Of a stretch of 64,000 nucleotides of DNA, positions 9,809 to 18,446 are shown piece after piece. The position numbers were made by a program, and so were the translations under genes. Each line of letters begins with the position of its first letter. Position 1 is the stretch's first letter. The notes under the pieces were generated by a model, which saw nothing but the letters and a program-made list of their open reading frames with translations, was not told the DNA's origin and did not search any database. The stretch lies in the NCBI GenBank assembly GCA_045595725.1, contig JAZOAY010000007.1, forward strand, positions 595-64,594, written 5' to 3'. This DNA is from Acutalibacteraceae bacterium (lineage in GTDB: Bacteria > Bacillota > Clostridia > Oscillospirales > Acutalibacteraceae).

Positions 9809-10153
9809 CTATTTCAAAAAATATCCCAGACCCATTAGCAGATATAAAGGTCCGAAGCAATAAACCATGAACATTTCCTGATGCTCGACTTTTGTTTTGA
9901 AACAGTCTGTAAGAAGTAAACATTCAAAAACATATGCTATTGCACCGAGACAATATGCTACACCTTTAAGTAAATGATATATATCATCAAAGAAAAACGA
10001 TAAAATGAAAAGTATTGCTGCAACGGCCACTAGAAAATTTCTCAGTACCAGCATTATGTAGTCAAGTTTCGGGTGGTCTGCGTGAGTCAGTTCTTTTTTA
10101 TCTGGAATTGTTTTGTCAACTGTACGTTTGATTTCTTTCAGAATTTTCGGCAT
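9809..10153 (-). CDS. hypothetical small membrane protein
   Basis: 114-aa ORF with 3 hydrophobic segments and an AGGAG-type RBS. Confidence 0.5.
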   Translation of the reverse strand: MPKILKEIKRTVDKTIPDKKELTHADHPKLDYIMLVLRNFLVAVAAILFILSFFFDDIYHLLKGVAYCLGAIAYVFECLLLTDCFKTKVEHQEMFMVYCFGPLYLLMGLGYFLK

Positions 10154-10409
10154 ATCTTTTCTCCTTTTTTATTATCTGAAAAAAGTATAGCATGATGATA
10201 TACTTTTTGCAACAGAAATTCCGTATGTCTGAAATACAATATCTTACGCACATTCGTGAAATTTTCTCTTTGTCATACGGCAGTATAACTGCAGAGAAGA
10301 TTTCCTGACAGCACACAACCTATTGCATTTCAGATGCAGAAGCTGAACTATGTGTTGCCATTGATTTGAATTTTTGATATAATGTAAAAAATTGTTCAGA
10401 GGTAATTTT

Positions 10410-12338
10410 ATGAGGTCAAAGGAAAGTGTAATCGGAATACTTGCCCATGTTGATGCGGGTAAAACAACGCTTACGGAAGCAGTTCTTTACAGGACAGGTG
10501 CTATCCGTAAATTTGGTCGTGTTGATAAAAAAGATTCTCATTTTGATTCCCATGAACTTGAAAGAAGCCGTGGAATTACTATTTTTTCAAAGCAGAATCC
10601 GTTTACTCTCGGCGGTAAAAACTTTACTCTTGTAGATACTCCCGGACATGTTGACTTTTCTGCAGAAATGGAAAGAACGCTCAGCGTTCTTGATTATGCT
10701 GTGCTTGTTATTGACGGAATAAGTTCTGTCCAGAGTCATACAGAAACCATATGGCAGTTACTTAGTGAATATAATGTTCCCGTTTTTATTTTTGTGAATA
10801 AAACAGACAGAGATGGTTTTGATAAATCAATTCTGCTGAATGATTTAAAAGCAAGATTCAGCGATTTCTGTATAGATTTCACTCAGGAAAAAGAAAGTTT
10901 TGATGAAGAAATTTCCATGATAAATGAAGAAATTCTTGAAGCATTTCTTGAGGGAAATACTGATGAAAAATTTATTGTAAAAGAAATTGCAAAAGCAGTT
11001 TCAAAGAGAGAAGTTTTTCCATGCTTTTTTGGTTCTGCTTTGCAGGACGAAGGTGTTGACAAACTTCTCGAGGGCATTGAAAAATATACTTTCACGAAAG
11101 ATTATTCCGATGTTTTCAGTGCACAGGTGTATAAAATTCTTCACGACAGTCAGGGAAACAGAGTAAGTTTTCTGAAAGTTACAGGCGGTTCTGTTAAAGT
11201 TAAAATGACTGTTGGTGAAGAAAAAATTGACACGGTAAAAATATATTCGGGAGAAAAAAGTGAAACCGTAAAAGAAATTTATGCAGGAAGTGTCTGTGCC
11301 GTAACAGGGTTAACGTCAGTTTCTGCGGGAGAAAAGATTGACATAAACGGTGTGAAATCAAATTCAAGGATGAAACTCAATCCTTTACTTTCTGCTCAGG
11401 TTATTATTTCTGACGGAACCGACATTCACACGGCTTACAGAAAACTCAGTGTAATCGGAGAAGAGCTTCCCGAACTTTCTGTTCACATTCTGAATATTGC
11501 AAATGAAGAACAAATCGTCATAAGAGTAATGGGAAGAATTCAGCTTGAAGTTCTCAAAGCACTTGTGAAAGAGCGTTTTTCTATGGATATTGACTTCGGT
11601 CCCTGCAGAATTCTTTACAAAGAAACCGTAAAAACTCCTGTAATGGGTTACGGTCACTTTGAACCGTTGCGTCATTATGCAGAAACACAACTTCGCATTG
11701 AACCCGGTGAAAGAGACAGTGGAATTGTAATTGAAAATGAATGCAGTCTTGAAGTTCTTGACTCCAATTTTCAGAATCTTGTTCTTACACATATAGGCGA
11801 AAAAGAGCATGTGGGAATTCTGACCGGTTCGCCTCTGACGGATGTAAAAATTATCCTGACGGCAGGTCGCTCCCATCTTAAACATACTGAGGGCGGTGAC
11901 TTCAGAGAGGCAACCTACAGGGCAATAAGACAAGGTCTTGAAAAGGCGGAAAACATTCTCCTTGAGCCTTATTATTCTTTCACTTTGCGTGTGCCTGTAA
12001 ATTCCATGGGTAGGGCGATTTCTGATATTCAGAAAATGAACGGCGAATTTTCTCCTCCTGAAATGAATGAGACGGAAGCGATTATAAAAGGTGCGGGACC
12101 TGTTTCGGAATTTATGAATTATCCGGAAGAAGTTGTTTCATACACTTCAGGAAAAGGAATGATTTCCTTGAGAGAAAACGGTTACAGACCTTGCCACAAT
12201 TCAGAAGAAGTGATTGCAAAAATCGGTTATGAAAAAGAACGTGATATGGAAAATACCTCATCTTCCGTTTTCTGCTCACACGGAGCAGGTTTTGAAGTGA
12301 AATGGTTTGATGTTGACAACATGAGGCATATAAAGTAA
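10410..12338 (+). CDS. translation-factor GTPase, Tet(M)/Tet(O)-like EF-G paralogue
   Basis: G1 AHVDAGKTT, G3 DTPGH and G4 NKTD motifs. Length (about 640 aa) and N-terminal domain layout match ribosomal-protection-type proteins. The start is taken at the ATG at 10410 after GAGGT. Confidence 0.8.
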   Translation: MRSKESVIGILAHVDAGKTTLTEAVLYRTGAIRKFGRVDKKDSHFDSHELERSRGITIFSKQNPFTLGGKNFTLVDTPGHVDFSAEMERTLSVLDYAVLVIDGISSVQSHTETIWQLLSEYNVPVFIFVNKTDRDGFDKSILLNDLKARFSDFCIDFTQEKESFDEEISMINEEILEAFLEGNTDEKFIVKEIAKAVSKREVFPCFFGSALQDEGVDKLLEGIEKYTFTKDYSDVFSAQVYKILHDSQGNRVSFLKVTGGSVKVKMTVGEEKIDTVKIYSGEKSETVKEIYAGSVCAVTGLTSVSAGEKIDINGVKSNSRMKLNPLLSAQVIISDGTDIHTAYRKLSVIGEELPELSVHILNIANEEQIVIRVMGRIQLEVLKALVKERFSMDIDFGPCRILYKETVKTPVMGYGHFEPLRHYAETQLRIEPGERDSGIVIENECSLEVLDSNFQNLVLTHIGEKEHVGILTGSPLTDVKIILTAGRSHLKHTEGGDFREATYRAIRQGLEKAENILLEPYYSFTLRVPVNSMGRAISDIQKMNGEFSPPEMNETEAIIKGAGPVSEFMNYPEEVVSYTSGKGMISLRENGYRPCHNSEEVIAKIGYEKERDMENTSSSVFCSHGAGFEVKWFDVDNMRHIK

Positions 12339-12487
12339 AAAAGCACACTCTACTGAAGAGAAAAATGTCATTCTACCAACGGTAGGGTGACTTTTCTTAT
12401 GAACCGAGATATACTTTTGTCAGAAAACAAAAATGCAAAGGAGGTTTTCTTATGAAAGTAAAAATCAGATTAAAAGGAGGCATTGTT

Positions 12488-13378
12488 ATGGATACTGTTA
12501 TTACGGGCAGATTTATTTCCGAATTGAGAAAAGAAAAAGGTTTGACCCAGGCAGAACTGGCTGAAAGGCTTAACGTAACAGACAAGGCCGTTTCAAAATG
12601 GGAGACGGGCAGAAGTGCACCTGATGTATCGTTGCTTATTCCTTTGTCAGAAATTCTTGAGGTTACCGTTACAGAGATTTTAAAGGGTGAAAGAATCAGT
12701 ACAGAAGTTTTGTCCGAGGCAAGTAATGAGGTGATTGTAAAAGCAATTAAGGAGAAAAAACATATCAGTAAACGGTTTTTGTTGATTGCAGGAATTATAA
12801 TATTTGTGTTAATCTGTCTTAAGGCACTTTCATATCCTGCGAGTCACTTTTTAAATTCTGCCACTCCAAATGACGACGTTGATATTTCGGAAAAAACAGA
12901 ACAATATATAGATAATTATTATGAAGAAGATCATAAAAACATGCAAAAACCGGGAGAATATATAGAAACTTACGGCGAAAATGGAGAAAATTTAAAAATT
13001 ATAAAAAGGGTAGAAAAAGATGATCTTTATTTCTTCCTTATGCAAAGCGAAACGAGAAAAGTTATGGCAATTTTTGAAAAAGATAAAATCTTCGAGGACA
13101 GAATTTATCTTTCGAATTTTTATGATTTTACCGAACACCCAGATTTCATTTTTCACTGGATTGGTGATACGAATCCTCGGAGTAAAGAAGAAGGCAAAAC
13201 ATTTGATGTCCATTACGGGTACGACATAAAGGATAAGGAATATGATTATACTTACCACGGAGTTAGATATACAAACGAAATAGAAGAAGACGGAATTCTT
13301 TTTGAAGTGTTTGTTGATGACAAAATAAAGGGTGAGGATACACATGCACGACTTGTTCATTACAAATCTTTAGACTGA
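12488..13378 (+). CDS. XRE-family HTH regulator with a central TM segment and an extracytoplasmic C-terminal domain
   Basis: MDTVITGRFISELRKEKGLTQAELAERLNVTDKAVSKWETG. TM segment LLIAGIIIFVLICL. AAGGAGG RBS 7 nt upstream. Confidence 0.8.
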   Translation: MDTVITGRFISELRKEKGLTQAELAERLNVTDKAVSKWETGRSAPDVSLLIPLSEILEVTVTEILKGERISTEVLSEASNEVIVKAIKEKKHISKRFLLIAGIIIFVLICLKALSYPASHFLNSATPNDDVDISEKTEQYIDNYYEEDHKNMQKPGEYIETYGENGENLKIIKRVEKDDLYFFLMQSETRKVMAIFEKDKIFEDRIYLSNFYDFTEHPDFIFHWIGDTNPRSKEEGKTFDVHYGYDIKDKEYDYTYHGVRYTNEIEEDGILFEVFVDDKIKGEDTHARLVHYKSLD

Positions 13379-13404
13379 TAAAACGAATTTGTAAGCAAAA
13401 AATT

Positions 13405-13444
13405 CAAAAAGGACCTTGCCACAAGTGTGGCAGGGTCCTTTTTC
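13405..13444. terminator. bidirectional intrinsic terminator
   Basis: AGGACCTTGCCA-CAAGTG-TGGCAGGGTCCT with an A-run on the left and a T-run on the right. It lies between the + regulator gene and the - tRNA. Confidence 0.75.
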
Positions 13445-13520
13445 TGGTGGAGCATAGCGGAGTTGAACCGCTGACATTTTGCTTGCGAAGCAAACATTCT
13501 ACCAACTGAATTAATGCCCC
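13445..13520 (-). tRNA. tRNA-Ala (anticodon CGC)
   Basis: The reverse complement GGGGCATTAATTCAGTTGGTAGAATGTTTGCTTCGCAAGCAAAATGTCAGCGGTTCAACTCCGCTATGCTCCACCA folds as a cloverleaf. It has the G3:U70 Ala identity pair, anticodon loop TTCGCAA and an encoded CCA. Confidence 0.92.
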
Positions 13521-13575
13521 ATATTTTAACACGGTCTGCACCTTTCGGGACAGACCGTGTTTTTGTGTATTTAAC

Positions 13576-14301
13576 TTATTTAAGAAGACTTGCTGCTGCT
13601 TTGTCAACGAAGAATGTAACATTTTTGTGGTTCTGAAGAATTGAAGCGGGGCACTGAGGAGTAACTTCACCGTTTACTGCAGCTGCTATTGCCTTTGCTT
13701 TTGCTTCACCTGTTGCGATGAGAACGATTTCTTCTGAACGCATGATGCTGCCGATACCCATTGTCATAGCGTATCTGGGCATTGCCTGTTCGCCGAAATA
13801 TTTCTGGTTGCTGTCAATTGTACTCTGTGTAAGAGTAACCTTGAAAGCTTCGTCTGTGAATTCATCAGCAGGTTCGTTAAAACCAATGTGACCGTTTGTG
13901 CCGATACCGAGAATCTGAACTTTAATTCCGCCGGCTGCTTTGATAGCTTCAGCATATCTTGCGCTTTCTGCATCATAGTCTTCAGCGTTGCCGTCGAGGA
14001 AGTTGATATTTTCTGCCTGAACGTCAATTTTGTCAAAAAGATTTTCGTGCATGAATGTGTGATAACTGTTTTTGTCATCAACAGGAAGATCACAATATTC
14101 ATCAAGGTTAAATGTTTTCATGTTCTTGAAAGAAATGTTGCCTTTGTTGAATTCGTTTACTATGTATTCGTAAGTGGGAACGGGAGATGCGCCTGTTGCA
14201 AATCCGATTGCACATGAAGGCTCGTCAGCCACTCTTTTGATAATAATTCTGCCGACTGCTTCTGCAATCTGTTCTGCTGTTTCGTAAACCTGTACTTTCA
14301 T
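13576..14301 (-). CDS. nagB: glucosamine-6-phosphate deaminase
   Basis: GFATGASP, FNLDEY and GIGTNGHIGFNEP motifs; 241 aa. Confidence 0.92.
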   Translation of the reverse strand: MKVQVYETAEQIAEAVGRIIIKRVADEPSCAIGFATGASPVPTYEYIVNEFNKGNISFKNMKTFNLDEYCDLPVDDKNSYHTFMHENLFDKIDVQAENINFLDGNAEDYDAESARYAEAIKAAGGIKVQILGIGTNGHIGFNEPADEFTDEAFKVTLTQSTIDSNQKYFGEQAMPRYAMTMGIGSIMRSEEIVLIATGEAKAKAIAAAVNGEVTPQCPASILQNHKNVTFFVDKAAASLLK

Positions 14302-14410
14302 TTTTCATTCCTCCGCAATTTTGATGAACAAATTATATCACATTTTAAAATTTTTTTCCATATAATGCAAAAAATTAAGAAAATTTTTTAAAAATTAAGA
14401 AAAAGCCGGG

Positions 14411-14438
14411 AGTTAAGTCCGAATTTTTGGACTTAACT
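14411..14438. promoter_or_regulatory. 28-bp palindrome in the nagB divergent intergenic region (candidate operator)
   Basis: AGTTAAGTCC-GAATTTTT-GGACTTAACT, perfect 10-bp arms. Confidence 0.35.
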
Positions 14439-14449
14439 GAACACAAAAA

Positions 14450-14463
14450 CGAACATTTGTGTT
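14450..14463. promoter_or_regulatory. degenerate LexA-like box overlapping the -35 element
   Basis: CGAACATTTGTGTT. The left half matches the Cheo box CGAAC; the right half is GTGT instead of GTTC. Confidence 0.3.
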
Positions 14464-14489
14464 GACAAATGAAAAATTTGTGTTATAAT
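14462..14489 (+). promoter_or_regulatory. strong sigma-A-type promoter (TTGACA, 16 nt spacer, TGtTATAAT)
   Basis: TTGACA at 14462-14467 and extended -10 TGTTATAAT at 14481-14489. Confidence 0.65.
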
Positions 14490-14499
14490 GGTGACATAA

Positions 14500-14513
14500 A
14501 GAACAAACGTTCA
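14500..14513. promoter_or_regulatory. candidate LexA (Cheo) box GAAC-N4-GTTC
   Basis: AGAACAAACGTTCA lies about 10 nt downstream of the -10 element, upstream of the 82-aa membrane protein gene. Confidence 0.5.
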
Positions 14514-14568
14514 GCATAAATTTACATAAGAGGCTACATAAGACCTCAGATGAAAGGAAGTAATAAAT

Positions 14569-14817
14569 ATGTCACTTAGTTTAACACTTTTAATCGTTTT
14601 CGGAGTAATTTTTGCAGCAGCACTTTTTGCAGGTTTCCTTTATGAGAAAGAGCTCAAAGAGTTTGAAAGAATTCTTGTAAGATATCTGAAACTTAAAGCA
14701 AAGGCACGTAAAGCGGGTGTCAGCGTAGAAGATTACGTAAAAGCAAAGAAAATGCAGAAAGTAACACAGACAAAAAATTATTCAAACGTTGTCAGCTTTG
14801 ACAATTGGGTTGCGTAA
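14569..14817 (+). CDS. small single-pass membrane protein (82 aa)
   Basis: AAAGGAAG RBS. N-terminal TM LTLLIVFGVIFAAALFAGFL followed by a charged helical tail. Confidence 0.6.
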   Translation: MSLSLTLLIVFGVIFAAALFAGFLYEKELKEFERILVRYLKLKAKARKAGVSVEDYVKAKKMQKVTQTKNYSNVVSFDNWVA

Positions 14818-14832
14818 ACGGAGTAATAAAGT

Positions 14833-15198
14833 ATGATAAAGAGGATGCCTACACATTGCGGTGACGATACATGTTCTTCATGTGTTGTGGCGGGGGATTA
14901 CATTTTTCTTGCGCATCATGCAGGGGGACAAGATGTATATGATATTGTCCATCAGACGAGAGCAGTTATTGAAAATATGGCAGAAACGCTGTCAAGTGTA
15001 GGTGCAACACTTGACGATGTGGTACAGGTTAATTATTACATAAAAAATGTTGACGATTTCCGAAAAGGTGCAGATGTTTTCAGAGAGTATTTTAAAAACG
15101 GTGCACCTGCGAGAATGACGGTCGTAACGGAATTTATCAATGATATGTGTCTCTGTCAGATGGACGGAATTGCGTACAAACCGAATAACAGAACGTAA
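14833..15198 (+). CDS. RidA/YjgF-family protein
   Basis: About 120 aa with the typical LDDVVQVNYYIKN...F...ARMTV pattern. Confidence 0.75.
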   Translation: MIKRMPTHCGDDTCSSCVVAGDYIFLAHHAGGQDVYDIVHQTRAVIENMAETLSSVGATLDDVVQVNYYIKNVDDFRKGADVFREYFKNGAPARMTVVTEFINDMCLCQMDGIAYKPNNRT

Positions 15199-15309
15199 AA
15201 AACGGGTAACTTTTGTTGCCTGTTTTTTTATACGCAAATCCGATTGCGATTTTGTCATGCTTGTTTTAAGGCTGATGCTTTGGGTAACAGATGAAATTAA
15301 CAGACCTAA

Positions 15310-15383
15310 CGTAGGGGCGTCGTTTCGGCGCCCGAATGAAATTATGCAGATACCAATGCGGGACGGGAAACCCGTCCCCTACG
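15310..15383. repeat. GC-rich double-hairpin intergenic element bounded by CGTAGGGG / CCCCTACG
   Basis: Hairpins GGGCGTCG-TTT-CGGCGCCC and GGGACGGG-AAA-CCCGTCCC. An outer 8-bp inverted repeat. It lies between two convergent terminators. Confidence 0.6.
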
Positions 15384-15413
15384 ATATAATTATTGGTTTG
15401 TGTATTTGAAAAT

Positions 15414-15454
15414 CAAAAAAATAACCGCCCAACCCTGAGAAAGTTAGCGGTTAT
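15414..15454 (-). terminator. intrinsic terminator of the ylbJ / small Cys-rich gene pair
   Basis: ATAACCGC...GCGGTTAT stem with a T7 run on the minus strand. Confidence 0.65.
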
Positions 15455-15491
15455 TTTCACTAATCAATAATTATGGTTTCTATCAAGAAAA

Positions 15492-15710
15492 TTACAACCT
15501 GAAATCTTCAAACGTATATTCAGGGAGTTCAGGTGCTTTTCGAGGTTCTCTGCGCAGGGGGTCGTATTTAAAAGAACGGCACTTGTAATCAGGTTGAAGA
15601 ATGCCCTTTTTGTGGCAGAGAATCATATCGCTGTCAGCGGCTTTTTGTCCGTGAACACAAATTGCACAACAGTACTCTTCTTTTGTTATGGTAGTCTGCT
15701 TTTTATCCAT
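15492..15710 (-). CDS. small Cys-rich protein (putative zinc-binding)
   Basis: 72 aa with a CCAIC...C...C pattern. It lies directly downstream of ylbJ on the same strand. Confidence 0.55.
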   Translation of the reverse strand: MDKKQTTITKEEYCCAICVHGQKAADSDMILCHKKGILQPDYKCRSFKYDPLRREPRKAPELPEYTFEDFRL

Positions 15711-15735
15711 GGGAATTCACTCCTTTGCATTTATT

Positions 15736-16809
15736 TTAGCACATTTTCTTGTGAGTATCAAGGTCTAAAACAAAAATTGCGCACATAATGAGAAGTCCTG
15801 CGGCAGCAGGCGCGCTTACGGCAAAAGTTTGTGAGATGACAGATGTTCCTGACGAAAAAACTGAAATTTCACAAGGAAAGATTTTTACAAGTCCCGCACA
15901 CATAAGTGAACTGAGCATTGAGTGAAGAAGTCTTCCGCAGAAAAAATAACGGAGTTTAAGTTCTGCTTTTCTCACATATGGTAAAACCTGACAATGAACA
16001 CAGAGTCCGCCCCAACCGATAACGGCAGACAAAATTACAGGATTTGCAGATTTTGCGAAACTTTTGCAACCGAGGGAAACTTCGGATATTGCATTGAAAA
16101 TAGTTGACATATTTTCACTTTCAAATTTTGTTGATGCAATATTGAGAAAACAGGAAAAAATAAGAATCCATCCGCAAATAGAAAACATTGATTTTGATGC
16201 ACCGTAAACCGATGTTACAAGAGCCTCTGAAAAATCAGGGGTTTTTGACACGGTTTTATTTTTTTCTCTGCAATCGGGTAAAATAAATCGTGAAAGGATT
16301 GTAATTATCAATGAAGCAAATGTGAGAGATGCATAAATTATTACTCCTGCTTTCAATGATGACAGCATCATTGTACCTACTGCACATATTACAAAGGCGG
16401 GTCCTGCGTTTACTGAAGAAAGCATGATTCTCTTTGCTTCGTCCGGGTGAATTTTATTTTGAGAAAGAAGCTTTGATGCCATTGAGCATCCTGTGGGAAA
16501 ACCTGACCACAGGGAGAAAAAAACAACCATACCTGCAGCAGGTGAAAGCCCTAATAACTTTTTAAAAAACTTTTCACTCTTTTTGCCCGTAAGGTCAAGA
16601 ATTCCGCTTGATACCGCAAAGGAAGAAATAACAAGAAAAGGAAAAAGTGACGGTATCATTGTACCTGCACAAAGTTCAAGCCCTTTCCGTATTCCCTCAG
16701 CAGAAAACAAGGGGAATTTTAATAATAAAAATACTGAAAAAGTACACAGAAGTATATATATAAATATTTTTATTTTTTTGTCTGCTAAAAATTTTTTCAA
16801 AGTCATCAC
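15736..16809 (-). CDS. ylbJ: sporulation integral membrane protein YlbJ (nucleoside-recognition domain)
   Basis: GLELCAGTMIPSLFPFLVISS motif, multi-TM, about 357 aa. Confidence 0.8.
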   Translation of the reverse strand: MMTLKKFLADKKIKIFIYILLCTFSVFLLLKFPLFSAEGIRKGLELCAGTMIPSLFPFLVISSFAVSSGILDLTGKKSEKFFKKLLGLSPAAGMVVFFSLWSGFPTGCSMASKLLSQNKIHPDEAKRIMLSSVNAGPAFVICAVGTMMLSSLKAGVIIYASLTFASLIITILSRFILPDCREKNKTVSKTPDFSEALVTSVYGASKSMFSICGWILIFSCFLNIASTKFESENMSTIFNAISEVSLGCKSFAKSANPVILSAVIGWGGLCVHCQVLPYVRKAELKLRYFFCGRLLHSMLSSLMCAGLVKIFPCEISVFSSGTSVISQTFAVSAPAAAGLLIMCAIFVLDLDTHKKMC

Positions 16810-16876
16810 CTATTCAAATATATGAATATAAAGGAGAAATAAAACATATTTTTACATAGAAAGAGGGAGATGAAAT

Positions 16877-17149
16877 ATGGCAGGTAAATTTAATTTAGGC
16901 GAAAAACTTACCGAAGAATTAGGTATACCGAAAACTATTGTAAACGGGTATAACCATATCGAACTTTTCGGAAACCGTGAAGCAATTGTTAATGAGTGCG
17001 AGGGGATTATTGAATATAGTGAAAAGAGAATAAAACTCAACATAGGAAAAAATACGATTCTTTTTTGCGGAAGTGATTTATGTATGAAAGAATACGGCTC
17101 TTCGCAGGCTGTGATTTCGGGCAATATTCTTACAATAGAATTCGGGTGA
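16877..17149 (+). CDS. yqfC: sporulation protein YqfC (YabP family)
   Basis: 90 aa with a ...IELFGNREAIVNECEGIIEYSEKRIKL... pattern. It immediately precedes yqfD. Confidence 0.85.
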   Translation: MAGKFNLGEKLTEELGIPKTIVNGYNHIELFGNREAIVNECEGIIEYSEKRIKLNIGKNTILFCGSDLCMKEYGSSQAVISGNILTIEFG

Positions 17150-17158
17150 GGTGAGGGT

Positions 17159-18352
17159 ATGTTCTGGGAAAATTTTCTTGATTTTTTAAAAGGGTATATT
17201 GTTTTTGTGGGCGAAGGAGGATTTCCCGAAAGATTTATTAATCTGTGTTCAGGAAACAAAATTGATATCAGAAACCTGAAAATGCAAAATGATACAATTA
17301 CAGCTGAGTGCGGAGTTAAATCTTACGTAAAAATCAGAAAAGCTGCAAAAAAATCAGGAATGAAAGTCCGTATTATCAGCAAACACGGACTACCTTTTTT
17401 TATTCACAGAAACAGAAAAAGAACGGGAATAATTTTCGGACTTGTTTTCATGGTGATTATGACAATGCTTTTGTCAGAAAGAATATGGGTCATATCTGTT
17501 TCAGGGAATGAAAATATTCCGTCAGAAGATATTATAAGTTCTTTTCACGGACTGGGTGTTAAAACAGGTGTAAAAAAAGACAGCCTTAATGTAAAAGAAA
17601 TTGCTTCAAAGGCGTTGACAGAAGTTGATGGCCTTATGTGGAATGCAGTAAATATTGACGGTTGCAGAGTGACAATTGAAATTAAAGAACAGGTAAAAAA
17701 AGAAATAGTACCGGAAGAAGATGAAACACCGTCAAATATTGTAGCATCCAATTCAGGACAGATTATAAAAATAGAAAATTTTATCGGATCATCTGTTGTG
17801 ACTTCAGGAAGTGCTGTTGAAAAAGGAGACATAATAGTAAGCGGTGCGGTAATAAATAAAGATGAAAGTGTAAGTTTCTGCAAAGCAGATGCAAATGTAA
17901 TTGCAAGGACCAAAAATACTGTTACCGCTACCATGCCTTATATTCAGGACATGAGAGTTTATTATAAAGTAAAACAGAAAAATTTTATAACATTTTTTTC
18001 TGTTACTATTCCGGTTAATTACGTAAAGACACCGAAAGGAGAGTATGATTTTTCGCGGACGGAAGATTTCCTTTCCGCGGATGGGATGAAAATACCGGTA
18101 GGGATAACAAAAGAAAAGTTCAGTCCTTTTGAAAAGAAAAAAATGCGGCTTAATTCATCTGCTGTAAAACTCATGTGTGCTGAAAAATATTTTTCTGAAA
18201 TTGATAAGACCTTTGATGATATTCATACAGAAAGTATGACGTTCGAAACCGGGAATGAAAAAAATTTTTTTGTTTTATCATCAACCTTTGACTGCATTGA
18301 AAATATAGCAGAAAGTGTTCCTATGGACTTGATACTGAATAAAGACATATAA
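17159..18352 (+). CDS. yqfD: sporulation protein YqfD
   Basis: About 397 aa, one central TM, conserved position between yqfC and phoH. Confidence 0.85.
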   Translation: MFWENFLDFLKGYIVFVGEGGFPERFINLCSGNKIDIRNLKMQNDTITAECGVKSYVKIRKAAKKSGMKVRIISKHGLPFFIHRNRKRTGIIFGLVFMVIMTMLLSERIWVISVSGNENIPSEDIISSFHGLGVKTGVKKDSLNVKEIASKALTEVDGLMWNAVNIDGCRVTIEIKEQVKKEIVPEEDETPSNIVASNSGQIIKIENFIGSSVVTSGSAVEKGDIIVSGAVINKDESVSFCKADANVIARTKNTVTATMPYIQDMRVYYKVKQKNFITFFSVTIPVNYVKTPKGEYDFSRTEDFLSADGMKIPVGITKEKFSPFEKKKMRLNSSAVKLMCAEKYFSEIDKTFDDIHTESMTFETGNEKNFFVLSSTFDCIENIAESVPMDLILNKDI

Positions 18353-18446
18353 AAATGAAAAAATTTCAGAAAATATTCACAAAAATAGTGACATATACAG
18401 ATGAAAATGGTATAATAGTTAGGAATAAGTTGTCGGAGGTCTCATT

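Noticed and set aside
11385-11933. Long antisense ORFs inside well-supported genes. Examples: 1170..1583, 11385..11933, 16852..17259, 17545..17934, 24050..24418, 26739..27176 and 54083..54565.
   Set aside because: Each overlaps, on the opposite strand, a gene with clear family motifs. AT-rich genomes generate such shadow ORFs frequently. None shows an RBS or a recognisable motif.
15140-15409. 89-aa + ORF and, at 51781..51984, a 67-aa - ORF crossing intergenic GC-rich repeats
   Set aside because: Their reading frames run through hairpin and REP-like elements and terminators. There are no RBSs, so they are most likely artefacts of repeat sequence.
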